DNA of 59,665 bases from Gammaproteobacteria bacterium (GCA_003230085.1 QIGV01000129.1:1-59665); one strand, 5' to 3'. Positions 42,870-51,527 are shown, counted from the first letter of the stretch. Program-made: numbers and translations. The notes: a model not told the origin generated them from the sequence alone.

Positions 42870-45212
42870 ATGTCGATAAATCTCGAAGATTACGAGGGTA
42901 TTCTAGCTGAGGCTGCACCAGAGATTCGCGATGTCCTGGAAAGTACCTTTCAGGAAGCATCGCGTGTTATGTCACCTGCTGGTCTGCAAGAATATATGAG
43001 CGGCGCCATAAGTTTATGCAATTTAGGTCGTGGTTCCAATGTGGTGATTTCTTATCTTCAGGAGATGCCGCTGATTGCAAAAGAGTGTGGTGAAGATGTC
43101 ATCAGTGATTGCCTTGCCGCGGCCATGAAACTTTCTTCTATGACCTCCGGTGAGGTGGTTGCACTATTGTTTAGTAGTATGCCAACAGCGGCACGTAATC
43201 TTGGCGATGCTGAACTATTTCGTGGCTATCTAACATTAATACACCAGCTTGCATCAACTGCTTCACGCGGTGTTCGACCAATGCTCAATCATATTGATGA
43301 GTTGTTATCTAAATTAACACTGAGTGGTTTACGTCGCTGGGCGAATTTTGGTGCGCAGGCCTATCGCAGGGATTTTAATAATCTTACAGCTTATTTTAAT
43401 CTTGAATCTGCGGACAGCCGTGCGGTATTACAAAAAGAACGCCGCGGCGTATTATTCATAAAAACTCAACGAAAATTAAATTTTTACCTGCGCGCCTTAT
43501 GGGGGCGAGATTTTTTCTTGCGTCCTACCGGCGCTGACTTCGCGGATTTCCGTCCTTTTATCGAACACCGGATATTGCATCTGCCCGATGCTCTGGACGA
43601 CAGCAGTGATGTTCCGGGCTTAGAGATCTACCGCGCAACGGCTGCACACATGGCCGCACACATGATGTATTCCACGGCACCGATATCAGCCGAGGGTCTT
43701 AGTCCGGCGCAGATGTTTTTCATTGGTCTGGTGGAAGATGCCCGTATCGAATACAAAGCCATCAATGAATTTCCAGGCTTAAAGAAACTCTGGCGTTCAC
43801 TGATGGATGTGGTTAGCGAAGAAAAATCTGAACACCCGACCATGCCATTACTGGAATTATTTGCGATCATGCTGCTGGATGCAACTGTAACGTCGGATGA
43901 TAAAGAGCTGAATGCAATCGCACAAAGATTCCATGATGGCATTCTTGAAAATCAGAACAACAATAATTTCTGCTGGCATCTTGGTCTGGATATTTTTAAT
44001 TGTTTCTCATCGCGAAAAGAAGTGCCAAGTCTGCGTATTCTGGAGCGTATCGATATCCCTTACCGTGACGATAACCGCTATGTCTGGGAGTTTGAAGAAT
44101 TTACCTGGGAAGTCGGGAACGAATATGTGCCAACAAGCCAGCGGCAGGTACGACGTCAGGTCAGCGTCATTGAAATGGCAAACGAGGTCGATTGTGAACT
44201 GGCCGGTGATGACGCGCAGGAAATCTGGACCTGTTCGACCAATATGCGCCCTTATGAAGATGATCTGACCGATGAACAGAAAAGCTTCAATGACATGTGG
44301 GGGAAAGAGCCGGTTTCTGATCCTTATCATTATCAGGAATGGGATTACCGGATTCAACTCCATCGGCCGGATTGGGCAACCATTTATGAACGACGCCAGC
44401 CACGTGGCCATGTCGAGGATATTCAGGCTATCATTGATGCATACAAACCAGTTGCGCATCGCATAAAACAGATCATCGACTTGCTCACTCCGGAGGGAGT
44501 GCAGCGTGTGCGCAATATGGAAGATGGTGACGAAGTGGATATCAACGCTGCCATCGATGCCATGATTGCGGTTCGTATGGGCGAGCAGCCGAACACCCGC
44601 ATTACCATGCGCAATGTATTAAAAACGCGGGATCTGTCGGTCGTATTATTACTGGACCTGTCTGAATCAACCAATGAGCCGATGAATGGTTCAGAAAAAA
44701 CGGTATTACAGCTCACTCGTGAAGCAGCGACCCTGGTGGCGACCGCAATTGAAGGCATTGGAGATCCGTTTGCTATTCACGGTTTCGCTTCCGATGGTCG
44801 TCATGATGTGCAGTATTACCGTTTTAAAGATTTTAATCAGCACTTTGATGACGAAGCAAAATCACGGTTAGCCGGTATGAAAGGTGGTTTGTCAACCCGC
44901 ATGGGTGGTGCCCTGCGTCATGCGGGCTATCACCTGCTAAAGCAGCAGGAGAAGCGTAAATTAGTTTTATTAGTTACTGACGGTGAGCCAGCAGATATTG
45001 ACGAGCGTGATCCACAGCATCTTCGACACGATACTAAAAAGGCAGTTGAAGAACTCTATAGTACGGGTGTTATAACCTATTGTCTGACACTTGATCCAAA
45101 TGCTGATGATTATGTAAAAAGAATATTTGGCGCGAATAACTATACCATTATCGATCATGTCGATAAATTACCAGAACAGTTGCCCGTTTTGTTTGCTAGC
45201 CTGACGGCATAA
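42870..45212 (+). CDS. cbbO: RuBisCO activase adaptor CbbO (C-terminal von Willebrand factor A domain)
   Basis: 780 aa. The vWA/MIDAS motif is VVLLLDLSESTNE. It is paired with cbbQ, as in other form IAq loci. Confidence 0.9.
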   Translation: MSINLEDYEGILAEAAPEIRDVLESTFQEASRVMSPAGLQEYMSGAISLCNLGRGSNVVISYLQEMPLIAKECGEDVISDCLAAAMKLSSMTSGEVVALLFSSMPTAARNLGDAELFRGYLTLIHQLASTASRGVRPMLNHIDELLSKLTLSGLRRWANFGAQAYRRDFNNLTAYFNLESADSRAVLQKERRGVLFIKTQRKLNFYLRALWGRDFFLRPTGADFADFRPFIEHRILHLPDALDDSSDVPGLEIYRATAAHMAAHMMYSTAPISAEGLSPAQMFFIGLVEDARIEYKAINEFPGLKKLWRSLMDVVSEEKSEHPTMPLLELFAIMLLDATVTSDDKELNAIAQRFHDGILENQNNNNFCWHLGLDIFNCFSSRKEVPSLRILERIDIPYRDDNRYVWEFEEFTWEVGNEYVPTSQRQVRRQVSVIEMANEVDCELAGDDAQEIWTCSTNMRPYEDDLTDEQKSFNDMWGKEPVSDPYHYQEWDYRIQLHRPDWATIYERRQPRGHVEDIQAIIDAYKPVAHRIKQIIDLLTPEGVQRVRNMEDGDEVDINAAIDAMIAVRMGEQPNTRITMRNVLKTRDLSVVLLLDLSESTNEPMNGSEKTVLQLTREAATLVATAIEGIGDPFAIHGFASDGRHDVQYYRFKDFNQHFDDEAKSRLAGMKGGLSTRMGGALRHAGYHLLKQQEKRKLVLLVTDGEPADIDERDPQHLRHDTKKAVEELYSTGVITYCLTLDPNADDYVKRIFGANNYTIIDHVDKLPEQLPVLFASLTA

Positions 45213-45337
45213 TGGGCCTCTTTACTGAAATTGCATCAGGAGAAATTATATCTCTGGTTAATATAAGGGGTATGCTGAAGGACTTTTAATCTGGTCCGTA
45301 TGGCTTACACATAAAACCGCACCAAAAGCCGTTACTT

Positions 45338-45802
45338 TCAATTATGTTCAGGTGAGGAATTTAACGGTAGGAGACTGATTTTACAGTCTGTGTTCAGTGA
45401 GTCGCAATGACGTTGGTCAATTAGTCGCATCGACTGGTAAAGTTCACTGTTCAATCTATTTTGAACTTCACACATATCTTTACCATAAAAAATAATCCTG
45501 AAATCCATGTTCTGGTTTAAGCCCTCACGTTGATTTGCATTTAATAACGGGTGCCATGAAATTCTGATCAACCGACCGCCCTCATCGCCACGAACCGCAT
45601 AATCTAAACTATCGACAAACCAGAAGGCATTCTTTTCAAGAATAGCAAGATATTGCAATGGACGTATAGGAACAAATATATAATCTGATTGGCTTCGTTT
45701 AAGCAGCACATGGGCAAGGTTGTAAGTCTTCGACAATAACCGGCTTTCCTGGCAAAAAAACTCATCAGGTGTAAAAAATGATTGAGTATCATGTGCTGTC
45801 AT
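45338..45802 (-). CDS. hypothetical cytoplasmic protein (154 aa)
   Basis: ORF only. It lies on the same strand as, and 166 nt downstream of, the riboswitch-controlled gene. It has no signal peptide, no obvious SD and no recognised family. Confidence 0.45.
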   Translation of the reverse strand: MTAHDTQSFFTPDEFFCQESRLLSKTYNLAHVLLKRSQSDYIFVPIRPLQYLAILEKNAFWFVDSLDYAVRGDEGGRLIRISWHPLLNANQREGLNQNMDFRIIFYGKDMCEVQNRLNSELYQSMRLIDQRHCDSLNTDCKISLLPLNSSPEHN

Positions 45803-45968
45803 AAAATGAATTGTAGCACTATAATTAATTTAAAACCGCGCGACAGGGAGTTTACGGGGCGGCAGTGGGTTTATTAATAAATGAAAGAGGAGGGGCCTTG
45901 CTGGGTGTTACCAGGACGACCTTAAATAAGATCGCCCTGGTGAATTAACAGCCTTGGTAGGATGAATA

Positions 45969-46949
45969 TTACGGTAGTGAAGGGGCTGTGCCGAAATTAT
46001 TGGTGTCCCAATCAAATGGATCGATGATGTCTGAGCTTGGTAGACTCAGTGCGATGAGTTCCGCGCCGACATTCTGATCCAGATTCTTTACTGATTGATA
46101 GTTAAAGCCACTACCATCTACTCCTTTATCCTTGTAAGCAATCCAGGTAGTGGATATCGTGTCGCCATCTGACCAGGTTATGGTTGAATCAAGTGTCATT
46201 TGACCTTGTGTCGTCACTGGGTTTAGCTGCAGGTTTTGCGTCGCTTCATCAAAGCTACCTGCCCAACCACCTCTCTCACGAAAAGCAAAATTCTCTTCTG
46301 CACTGAATGGATCATTGATGTCACCTAATGGCAGCCGCTGATCGATGTCTATTCGTTTGCCGAAATATATTTCGCTGCCTTCGTTAATATCGGTCGTGTT
46401 TTGATATAAAACGAAATCGCTGTTTAAGCCACTAGCATCATTAATTGATTGTGAAATATTCATTTCTGCGATATTGATAAAGTTACCCTGCGTATCAACA
46501 AATGAATTACGGTTAAATTCCGTAATGCTATCAAAAGAATTGTCCAGTTCACGTATATTCTGCTTGAAATTGATATCTATACCCGTCGGGTTGTCCATAG
46601 GGATAAAATTTTCATCCGCAAATGTTAGTGTGTTCGCATTACCCGTAGCACCTGCTTCGGTCACAATAGTGCGGGTGAAGGAGCCATGGGCGGTGTTAAC
46701 CTGTTGTTGGAGGAACCCATCATCATCTACCAGTGTGGTGCAGCTTACTGAACCATTACATGATAATGAGGTATCAATCACACCATTGTTTACGGTCCAG
46801 CCATCAAAAACGACAGCAGGCTGATCTGCCAGAGCAATACTGCATAGGAGCGATGACATTGTCATCATCGCAAATTTTATAGAGGGCAATCTATGGCGTG
46901 GATGATTTGTGTCAAGAGATGACTTGATGTGGGCCTGGTGTGAGATCAT
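45969..46949 (-). CDS. secreted protein of unknown function (c-di-GMP riboswitch-controlled)
   Basis: The start was placed at the ATG at 46949 because AGGAGG lies 9 nt upstream. A charged N-region precedes the hydrophobic core AMMTMSSLLCSIALA. The mature part is rich in N/D/T/S/G. No family was recognised. Confidence 0.65.
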   Translation of the reverse strand: MISHQAHIKSSLDTNHPRHRLPSIKFAMMTMSSLLCSIALADQPAVVFDGWTVNNGVIDTSLSCNGSVSCTTLVDDDGFLQQQVNTAHGSFTRTIVTEAGATGNANTLTFADENFIPMDNPTGIDINFKQNIRELDNSFDSITEFNRNSFVDTQGNFINIAEMNISQSINDASGLNSDFVLYQNTTDINEGSEIYFGKRIDIDQRLPLGDINDPFSAEENFAFRERGGWAGSFDEATQNLQLNPVTTQGQMTLDSTITWSDGDTISTTWIAYKDKGVDGSGFNYQSVKNLDQNVGAELIALSLPSSDIIDPFDWDTNNFGTAPSLP

Positions 46950-47104
46950 GATTATCGTCCTCCTCATTCGTTTTTCGCAGAATCCTGAGTTTTAATGCCC
47001 AGGAATAATGGCGGCGATCGACTCTATGAGGAGGGTAAACCAGAATTACAGCTATAGCAGGGCGTACGGCATTCCATTGCCCATGTGCAGCTGTTGATCA
47101 ATAA

Positions 47105-47208
47105 TCTCTCTGGTAGTCCCGCTGTCATTACACCATCCGAGGGATGGTTTATCAGACCGGTGACTTTGCGTCCCTACCTTTCGGTCAGGTTTGCCTTTAT
47201 CTGAGCAT
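47105..47208 (-). ncRNA. c-di-GMP-I (GEMM-I) riboswitch aptamer
   Basis: The minus-strand RNA reads GAUAAAGGCAAACCUGACCGAAAGGUAGGGACGCAAAGUCACCGGUCUGAUAAACCAUCCCUCGGAUGGUGUAAUGACAGCGGGACUACCAGAG. The blocks GGCAAACC, a GAAA tetraloop, GGGACGCAAAG, CACCGG, AAACCAU and AGCGGG..UACC appear in the same order and spacing as in the V. cholerae Vc2 aptamer recalled from memory. Confidence 0.85.
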
Positions 47209-47219
47209 CTTCAGGAGAA

Positions 47220-47246
47220 GCTATCGGCTAGTTTCCGGGATTCTTT
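47220..47246 (-). promoter_or_regulatory. sigma-28 (FliA) promoter: TAAAGAAT-N11-GCCGATAG
   Basis: The reverse complement of 47220-47246 is TAAAGAATcccggaaactaGCCGATAG. Against the consensus TAAAGTTT-N11-GCCGATAA, it matches 6/8 in the -35 and 7/8 in the -10, with exact 11-nt spacing. The predicted transcription start falls a few nt before the riboswitch. Confidence 0.75.
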
Positions 47247-47264
47247 AACCGGAGGTCCCCTAAT

Positions 47265-47627
47265 CTAGCCTAGGACTTCATTGATGGAGGAAATCAGCTG
47301 ACTGGGATTGAAAGGTTTTACCAGCCATCCTGTAGCACCTGCTTCTTTACTCTGTCGTTTTTTTTCAGCAGTGGACTCCGTGGTCAGCATTAATATTGGA
47401 GTGTATTTATAGTCAGGAAGATTTCTCAACTCACGTATCAGTGAGATGCCGTCCATTTTAGGCATATTAGCATCGGTAATGATAAGGTTGACCTTGTTTG
47501 TTTTGGCCTGTGACAAGGCGTCTTGGCCATCAACCGCTTCAACGACGGTATGTCCGGCATTCTTCAATGCAAAAGAGACCATCTGCCGCATGGATTCAGA
47601 ATCATCAACCGCGAGAATGCTTGCCAT
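47265..47627 (-). CDS. single-domain CheY-like response regulator
   Basis: 120 aa with the acidic pocket DDS, phospho-acceptor ITDANMPKMDG, T (LMLTT) and K (VKPF). It is CheY-like, but orthology to chemotaxis CheY is not proven. Confidence 0.85.
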   Translation of the reverse strand: MASILAVDDSESMRQMVSFALKNAGHTVVEAVDGQDALSQAKTNKVNLIITDANMPKMDGISLIRELRNLPDYKYTPILMLTTESTAEKKRQSKEAGATGWLVKPFNPSQLISSINEVLG

Positions 47628-47721
47628 ACCGTTTCTCCTGTCTCTGCACCGTATTTTTCAGTTAGCTTCATCATCACTGGTCACTCCCCGCGGGTATTTC
47701 AGGGATAGTCAGATACAGTAT

Positions 47722-47749
47722 TTAACGTCTCAAATGAGGAGGAACTTTA
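47722..47749 (-). promoter_or_regulatory. possible sigma-28 promoter upstream of the cheY-like gene (TAAAGTTC-N14-CGTTAA)
   Basis: The reverse complement reads TAAAGTTCctcctcatttgagaCGTTAA. The -35 is good. The -10 core is 5/6 with spacing one nt longer than consensus. Confidence 0.3.
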
Positions 47750-47866
47750 AAAAACAGGAAGAATATAAGTTTTTCGGGATAGGGCGTTATAGTAGAGAAT
47801 GTGGGACCTCAAGTGCTACTTGAGGTTAAGAATCAAAGTAGCATTTTACTATCAGGTAAGACTTGA

Positions 47867-48307
47867 TCAGGCGCTGGCTATATGCGTCGATGTTGGTGCA
47901 GCTGTAGATTTCCCGCGTGGGCCATAGTTCATCTCTTCGACATGACTTTGTCCGCGCAGAATGGCAAGTGCTGCGTTGGTTTGGTTCTGTCGCATATGAA
48001 TGATGCGGCCATTGATGGCATTTTTCTGTCGGCATTGTTCCATTAGGCTGCTAAATTCATTCCATAGGACAGTATCCTTTCCAGGTTCTGCTTGCCGGTT
48101 GGTTTTTAATTCAACAAGTGGCGCATCAATATTTTGCAGTTCTGAAAGTGTTTGATACTTATGCTCCAGAATTTTTATGAACGCGTCAAGGTCGTCATTT
48201 TCCAGGGCATGGTATTCTTCTTCAAGTGTTTTTAGTAACACCTTGGCTGATAAAATTCCATCCTGCAGGAGATCCTGGTAATCATTCTGTGAAATATCCA
48301 TGGCCAA
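47867..48307 (-). CDS. flgN: flagellar export chaperone FlgN
   Basis: 146 aa and helical, with LLKTLEEEYHALENDDLDAF typical of FlgN. It lies downstream of flgM. Confidence 0.8.
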   Translation of the reverse strand: MAMDISQNDYQDLLQDGILSAKVLLKTLEEEYHALENDDLDAFIKILEHKYQTLSELQNIDAPLVELKTNRQAEPGKDTVLWNEFSSLMEQCRQKNAINGRIIHMRQNQTNAALAILRGQSHVEEMNYGPRGKSTAAPTSTHIASA

Positions 48308-48318
48308 TAATTCCTTTA

Positions 48319-48642
48319 CTAGAGACTGGCGCTAAGTTCTGCTTCGAAGTTCATCAGCTTTTCAGCGACTCTGTCCGGGTTTATTTGATAAGTACCATTG
48401 TTAAGAGCTTCTTTTATAGCCTCAACCCGGCCGCTATCAACGACAGGCAGGTTGGCAATCCTGGATTGAATTTCCTGTATCATGGCTGCGGTGCCTGTCA
48501 GGCGCACAGAATCTGAATTGATTGAGGTCGCCTCTGCCGTTTGTGCTTTACCGGCAGATTCAGCAGGCGTACGTTGGCTTGATGAGCTTTCACGGGTATT
48601 CAGCCGCGGTGAATTAGTTTGATTGTTGATTTCGATTGGCAT
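48319..48642 (-). CDS. flgM: anti-sigma-28 factor FlgM
   Basis: 107 aa. The N-terminus is disordered and Ser/Thr-rich. The C-terminus carries RVEAIKEALNNGTYQINPDRVAEKLMNFE. Confidence 0.9.
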   Translation of the reverse strand: MPIEINNQTNSPRLNTRESSSSQRTPAESAGKAQTAEATSINSDSVRLTGTAAMIQEIQSRIANLPVVDSGRVEAIKEALNNGTYQINPDRVAEKLMNFEAELSASL

Positions 48643-48660
48643 AATGAATCTCCTTTAGAT

Positions 48661-49389
48661 TTAAAACAAAATCTTTACAACTCCTGATGACAGGACTTTC
48701 CCTTCAACGATTCTTTTGGATTTCAGGTTTTTGACCTTGATCAGATCGCCCGCAGTGCCATCCATCAGTGCTTTTCCCTTCATTCGGATCTCAAATCCAT
48801 CAGCGCTCGCGAGGATTGTAACTCCCTCTCCACGACGAATGATTTTAGGGTTGCTGATGTGATTGGGATTGATAATACTGCCTGTCATAATATCCTGTTT
48901 GACAACTTTTCCAACGACATTATCATATTCGGTAAAATATCCCCGACCCAATACCGATAAATCCTTGTCTGTAAACGTAAGATCATCAGACTGTATCACG
49001 GTCCCTCTGGGCAGATAATTACTTGTCGTTAGAACCTGATTGAAAATCTTAATATTGACCGGTACATAGAGCTTCCAGGGCTTACTGCTCCTGCAGCTGA
49101 CGCCTACTGTAGTATTGCCAAGTAGGCGGCTACCTGGTGGTGCAGTGACATGCAGATCCTGATCGCAGGGAATCAGGCGTAGGCGTGAGTCAATATCACC
49201 TACGGTAATCACTCGTTTGCCCTGAAGATGGGTGTTCTGCTGAAGCAAAAAATATTTCGCTGCTTCCCTGATCGATTCCAGTGACTGGATGGATTGGCCC
49301 TGGACTTGCAATGGCATCATGACCAAAAGCATTGGCCACAGAAATGCCATAATTGGTTTACACCCTTTGTTAGTATGATGAATGAACAT
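48661..49389 (-). CDS. flgA: flagellar basal-body P-ring formation chaperone FlgA
   Basis: It has a signal peptide and a C-terminal SAF-like block (VKQDIMTGSIINPNHI ... GDLIKVKNLKSKRIVEGKV). It is divergent from cheV-cheR-flgB. The start (49389 or the internal Met at 49350) is uncertain. Confidence 0.88.
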   Translation of the reverse strand: MFIHHTNKGCKPIMAFLWPMLLVMMPLQVQGQSIQSLESIREAAKYFLLQQNTHLQGKRVITVGDIDSRLRLIPCDQDLHVTAPPGSRLLGNTTVGVSCRSSKPWKLYVPVNIKIFNQVLTTSNYLPRGTVIQSDDLTFTDKDLSVLGRGYFTEYDNVVGKVVKQDIMTGSIINPNHISNPKIIRRGEGVTILASADGFEIRMKGKALMDGTAGDLIKVKNLKSKRIVEGKVLSSGVVKILF

Positions 49390-49493
49390 GGTTTCTGATG
49401 CCTAAACACTTTATCCTAATGGCCCATCTGGCCATATAAAACATACATAAATCATGCCAACACTGGGTCGGCCTTGGGTTATTCAGCGTTAAC

Positions 49494-49520
49494 TTAAGAA
49501 TTATCTGATGAAGTCGATAA
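49494..49520 (+). promoter_or_regulatory. candidate sigma-28 promoter of cheV-cheR (TTAAGAAT-N11-GTCGATAA)
   Basis: The -10 matches 7/8 and the -35 matches 5/8 to the FliA consensus, with exact 11-nt spacing. It lies 36 nt upstream of the cheV ATG. Confidence 0.55.
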
Positions 49521-49555
49521 TTCTGAGGAGCAGGTTTGAATGGGGCAAGAGGATA

Positions 49556-50509
49556 ATGACGAGTGTAATGGATGGGGTAGACCGGTTAACCCAGTTGGCC
49601 GGGCACAATCGCCTGGAACTGTTGATGTTTCATCTGGGGGATAAGCAACGATTCGGTATCAATGTATTTAAAGTTCAGGAAGTTATACACTGTCCTGCCC
49701 TGACCAGAATCCCCAAGTCAAACCCGGTAATACGCGGTATTGCGGACATTCGTGGTAAAACAATTCCGATTCTTGATCTTGCCATGGTCATTGGCTACCC
49801 GACATTGGATGACCCACAAGAGGGTTTCATCGTTATCACAGAGTACAATAGCAAAGTTCTCGGGTATCTGGTCAGCGGAGTGGATCGTATTATCAATATG
49901 AACTGGGAAGATATTTTGCCGCCCCCAAAAGGCATGAGTAGCGGCAGTTATTTGACTGCTGTTACGCGGGTCGATGACAGGTTTGTCGGTATCCTCGATG
50001 TGGAGAAAATCCTTGCAGATCTCTGCGGAACGCCTACCGAGGTATCAGATTCCCTGGCAAGCGTCGGCAGAGAGTTGAAAAGGGAGGACATGTTTATTCT
50101 TGTCTCGGATGATTCAGCGGTTGCCCGCAAACAAATTTCCCGCCCGCTTGAGCAAATGGGAGTGGAGCATGTCTTGGCCAAAAATGGCCGTGAAGCTTTT
50201 GATTATTTATTAGACTGGTCGCGGAATGATCCCGAGAAGATGTCCAGGCTCATCATGGTGATTTCTGATATCGAGATGCCGGAAATGGATGGTTATACAT
50301 TTACCGCGGAAGTGCGTAAAGACGCCGCGCTCAAGGAAATATATATTCTCCTGCATAGTTCATTAAGCGGTGTATTCAATAATGCAATGGTTGAAAAAGT
50401 TGGCGCTAACCAGTTTATTCCCAAATATGACCCGGATATATTGACACAGGCAGTGCTGGACAGGCTAAAAACAATTGAGGGAAAAACACCATTGACAACA
50501 GCGGCGTAG
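49556..50509 (+). CDS. cheV: chemotaxis coupling protein CheV (CheW-like + receiver domain)
   Basis: An N-terminal CheW domain (LELLMFHLGDKQRFGINVFKVQEV) is followed by a C-terminal REC domain (VSDDS...ISDIEMPEMDGY...KYDP). The start was set at the ATG at 49556. Confidence 0.9.
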   Translation: MTSVMDGVDRLTQLAGHNRLELLMFHLGDKQRFGINVFKVQEVIHCPALTRIPKSNPVIRGIADIRGKTIPILDLAMVIGYPTLDDPQEGFIVITEYNSKVLGYLVSGVDRIINMNWEDILPPPKGMSSGSYLTAVTRVDDRFVGILDVEKILADLCGTPTEVSDSLASVGRELKREDMFILVSDDSAVARKQISRPLEQMGVEHVLAKNGREAFDYLLDWSRNDPEKMSRLIMVISDIEMPEMDGYTFTAEVRKDAALKEIYILLHSSLSGVFNNAMVEKVGANQFIPKYDPDILTQAVLDRLKTIEGKTPLTTAA

Positions 50510-50519
50510 ATTCACAGCC

Positions 50520-51368
50520 ATGAATCCAGAACGTATTGTAGAGAGGCAGCAAATCAATCAACAGGAATATAATGCCATACGCGAATTTCTTGAGAAGTCG
50601 TGTGGCATCGTTCTTGGTGACAACAAGCAATATCTTGTAAACAGTCGCTTGGCGCACCTGATGAAAGAACAGGGTTTTGCATCACTGGGTGATTTGGTCA
50701 AGGTGCTGTATTCCAGTCGTCACAGAAAGTTGCAGCTCAGTGTGATTGATGCCATGACGACAAATGAAACATCCTGGTTCAGGGATAACCATCCCTATGA
50801 AAGTTTGAAAAAGATTATCCTGCCCGACTTGTCTGACAGAAAAATACAAAATGCTGCGATATGGTCAACGGCTTGTTCCTCTGGCCAGGAACCCTACTCC
50901 GTCTCAATGAGTATTCAGGAGTATCTACGCAGTAGGCCCAGCACTTTGCCTGGCGTCAGGATTGTTGCTACCGATATATCACCTTCTATCCTGAAGGAGG
51001 CACAGACCGGGTTGTTTGATAACACTTCTTTGTGCCGCGGTATTACCGAGGAATACAAGAAGCGCTATTTTGATTCAATTAATGGACAGTGGCGCATCAA
51101 GCCAATTATTCGTGACCGCATCACTTTCAAGGAGATTAACCTGCTGCAAAGCTTTTTCTTACTAGGTAGATTTGACTGTATTTTCTGTCGTAATGTTCTG
51201 ATCTATTTTTCAAGCGCCAATAAGGAAGATATTATCAATCGCCTTGCTGATGCTCTCAAGCCAGGGGGCTATCTTTATCTCGGTGGCACGGAGTCCATCC
51301 CCCACTATACCGACCGCTTTGAGGCCGTGCGCTTCAAGCATGGCATGGTCTATAAGCTGAAAGAATAA
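50520..51368 (+). CDS. cheR: chemotaxis protein methyltransferase CheR
   Basis: 282 aa with the CheR N-terminal helical domain and a SAM-binding fold (IWSTACSSGQEPYS, IFCRNVLIYF). Confidence 0.93.
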   Translation: MNPERIVERQQINQQEYNAIREFLEKSCGIVLGDNKQYLVNSRLAHLMKEQGFASLGDLVKVLYSSRHRKLQLSVIDAMTTNETSWFRDNHPYESLKKIILPDLSDRKIQNAAIWSTACSSGQEPYSVSMSIQEYLRSRPSTLPGVRIVATDISPSILKEAQTGLFDNTSLCRGITEEYKKRYFDSINGQWRIKPIIRDRITFKEINLLQSFFLLGRFDCIFCRNVLIYFSSANKEDIINRLADALKPGGYLYLGGTESIPHYTDRFEAVRFKHGMVYKLKE

Positions 51369-51527
51369 TCTATCCCCATCCGTAACAACGCCGGTCCAGG
51401 AACAGTTTCCTGATCTCGATGCGTGCCTGGCAAGGATTGCCGGTCACTGGAGTCTGTTTGCCGCTTTTACCTCTTGAACCCTTCAAGATAATTATTAACA
51501 CTCTGAAAACACTGGATAATTCAATAT

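Noticed and set aside
38350-47264. A mobile genetic element or integrase associated with tRNA-Ser, or carboxysome genes associated with cbbLS.
   Set aside because: No integrase, transposase, direct repeat of the tRNA end, or csoS/ccm genes are present. The locus is a plain form IAq cbb operon.
47806-47826. A 9-bp hairpin (acctcaagt/acttgaggt) downstream of flgN, as a possible terminator.
   Set aside because: No U-tract follows on the minus strand, so it may be structural but cannot be called an intrinsic terminator.
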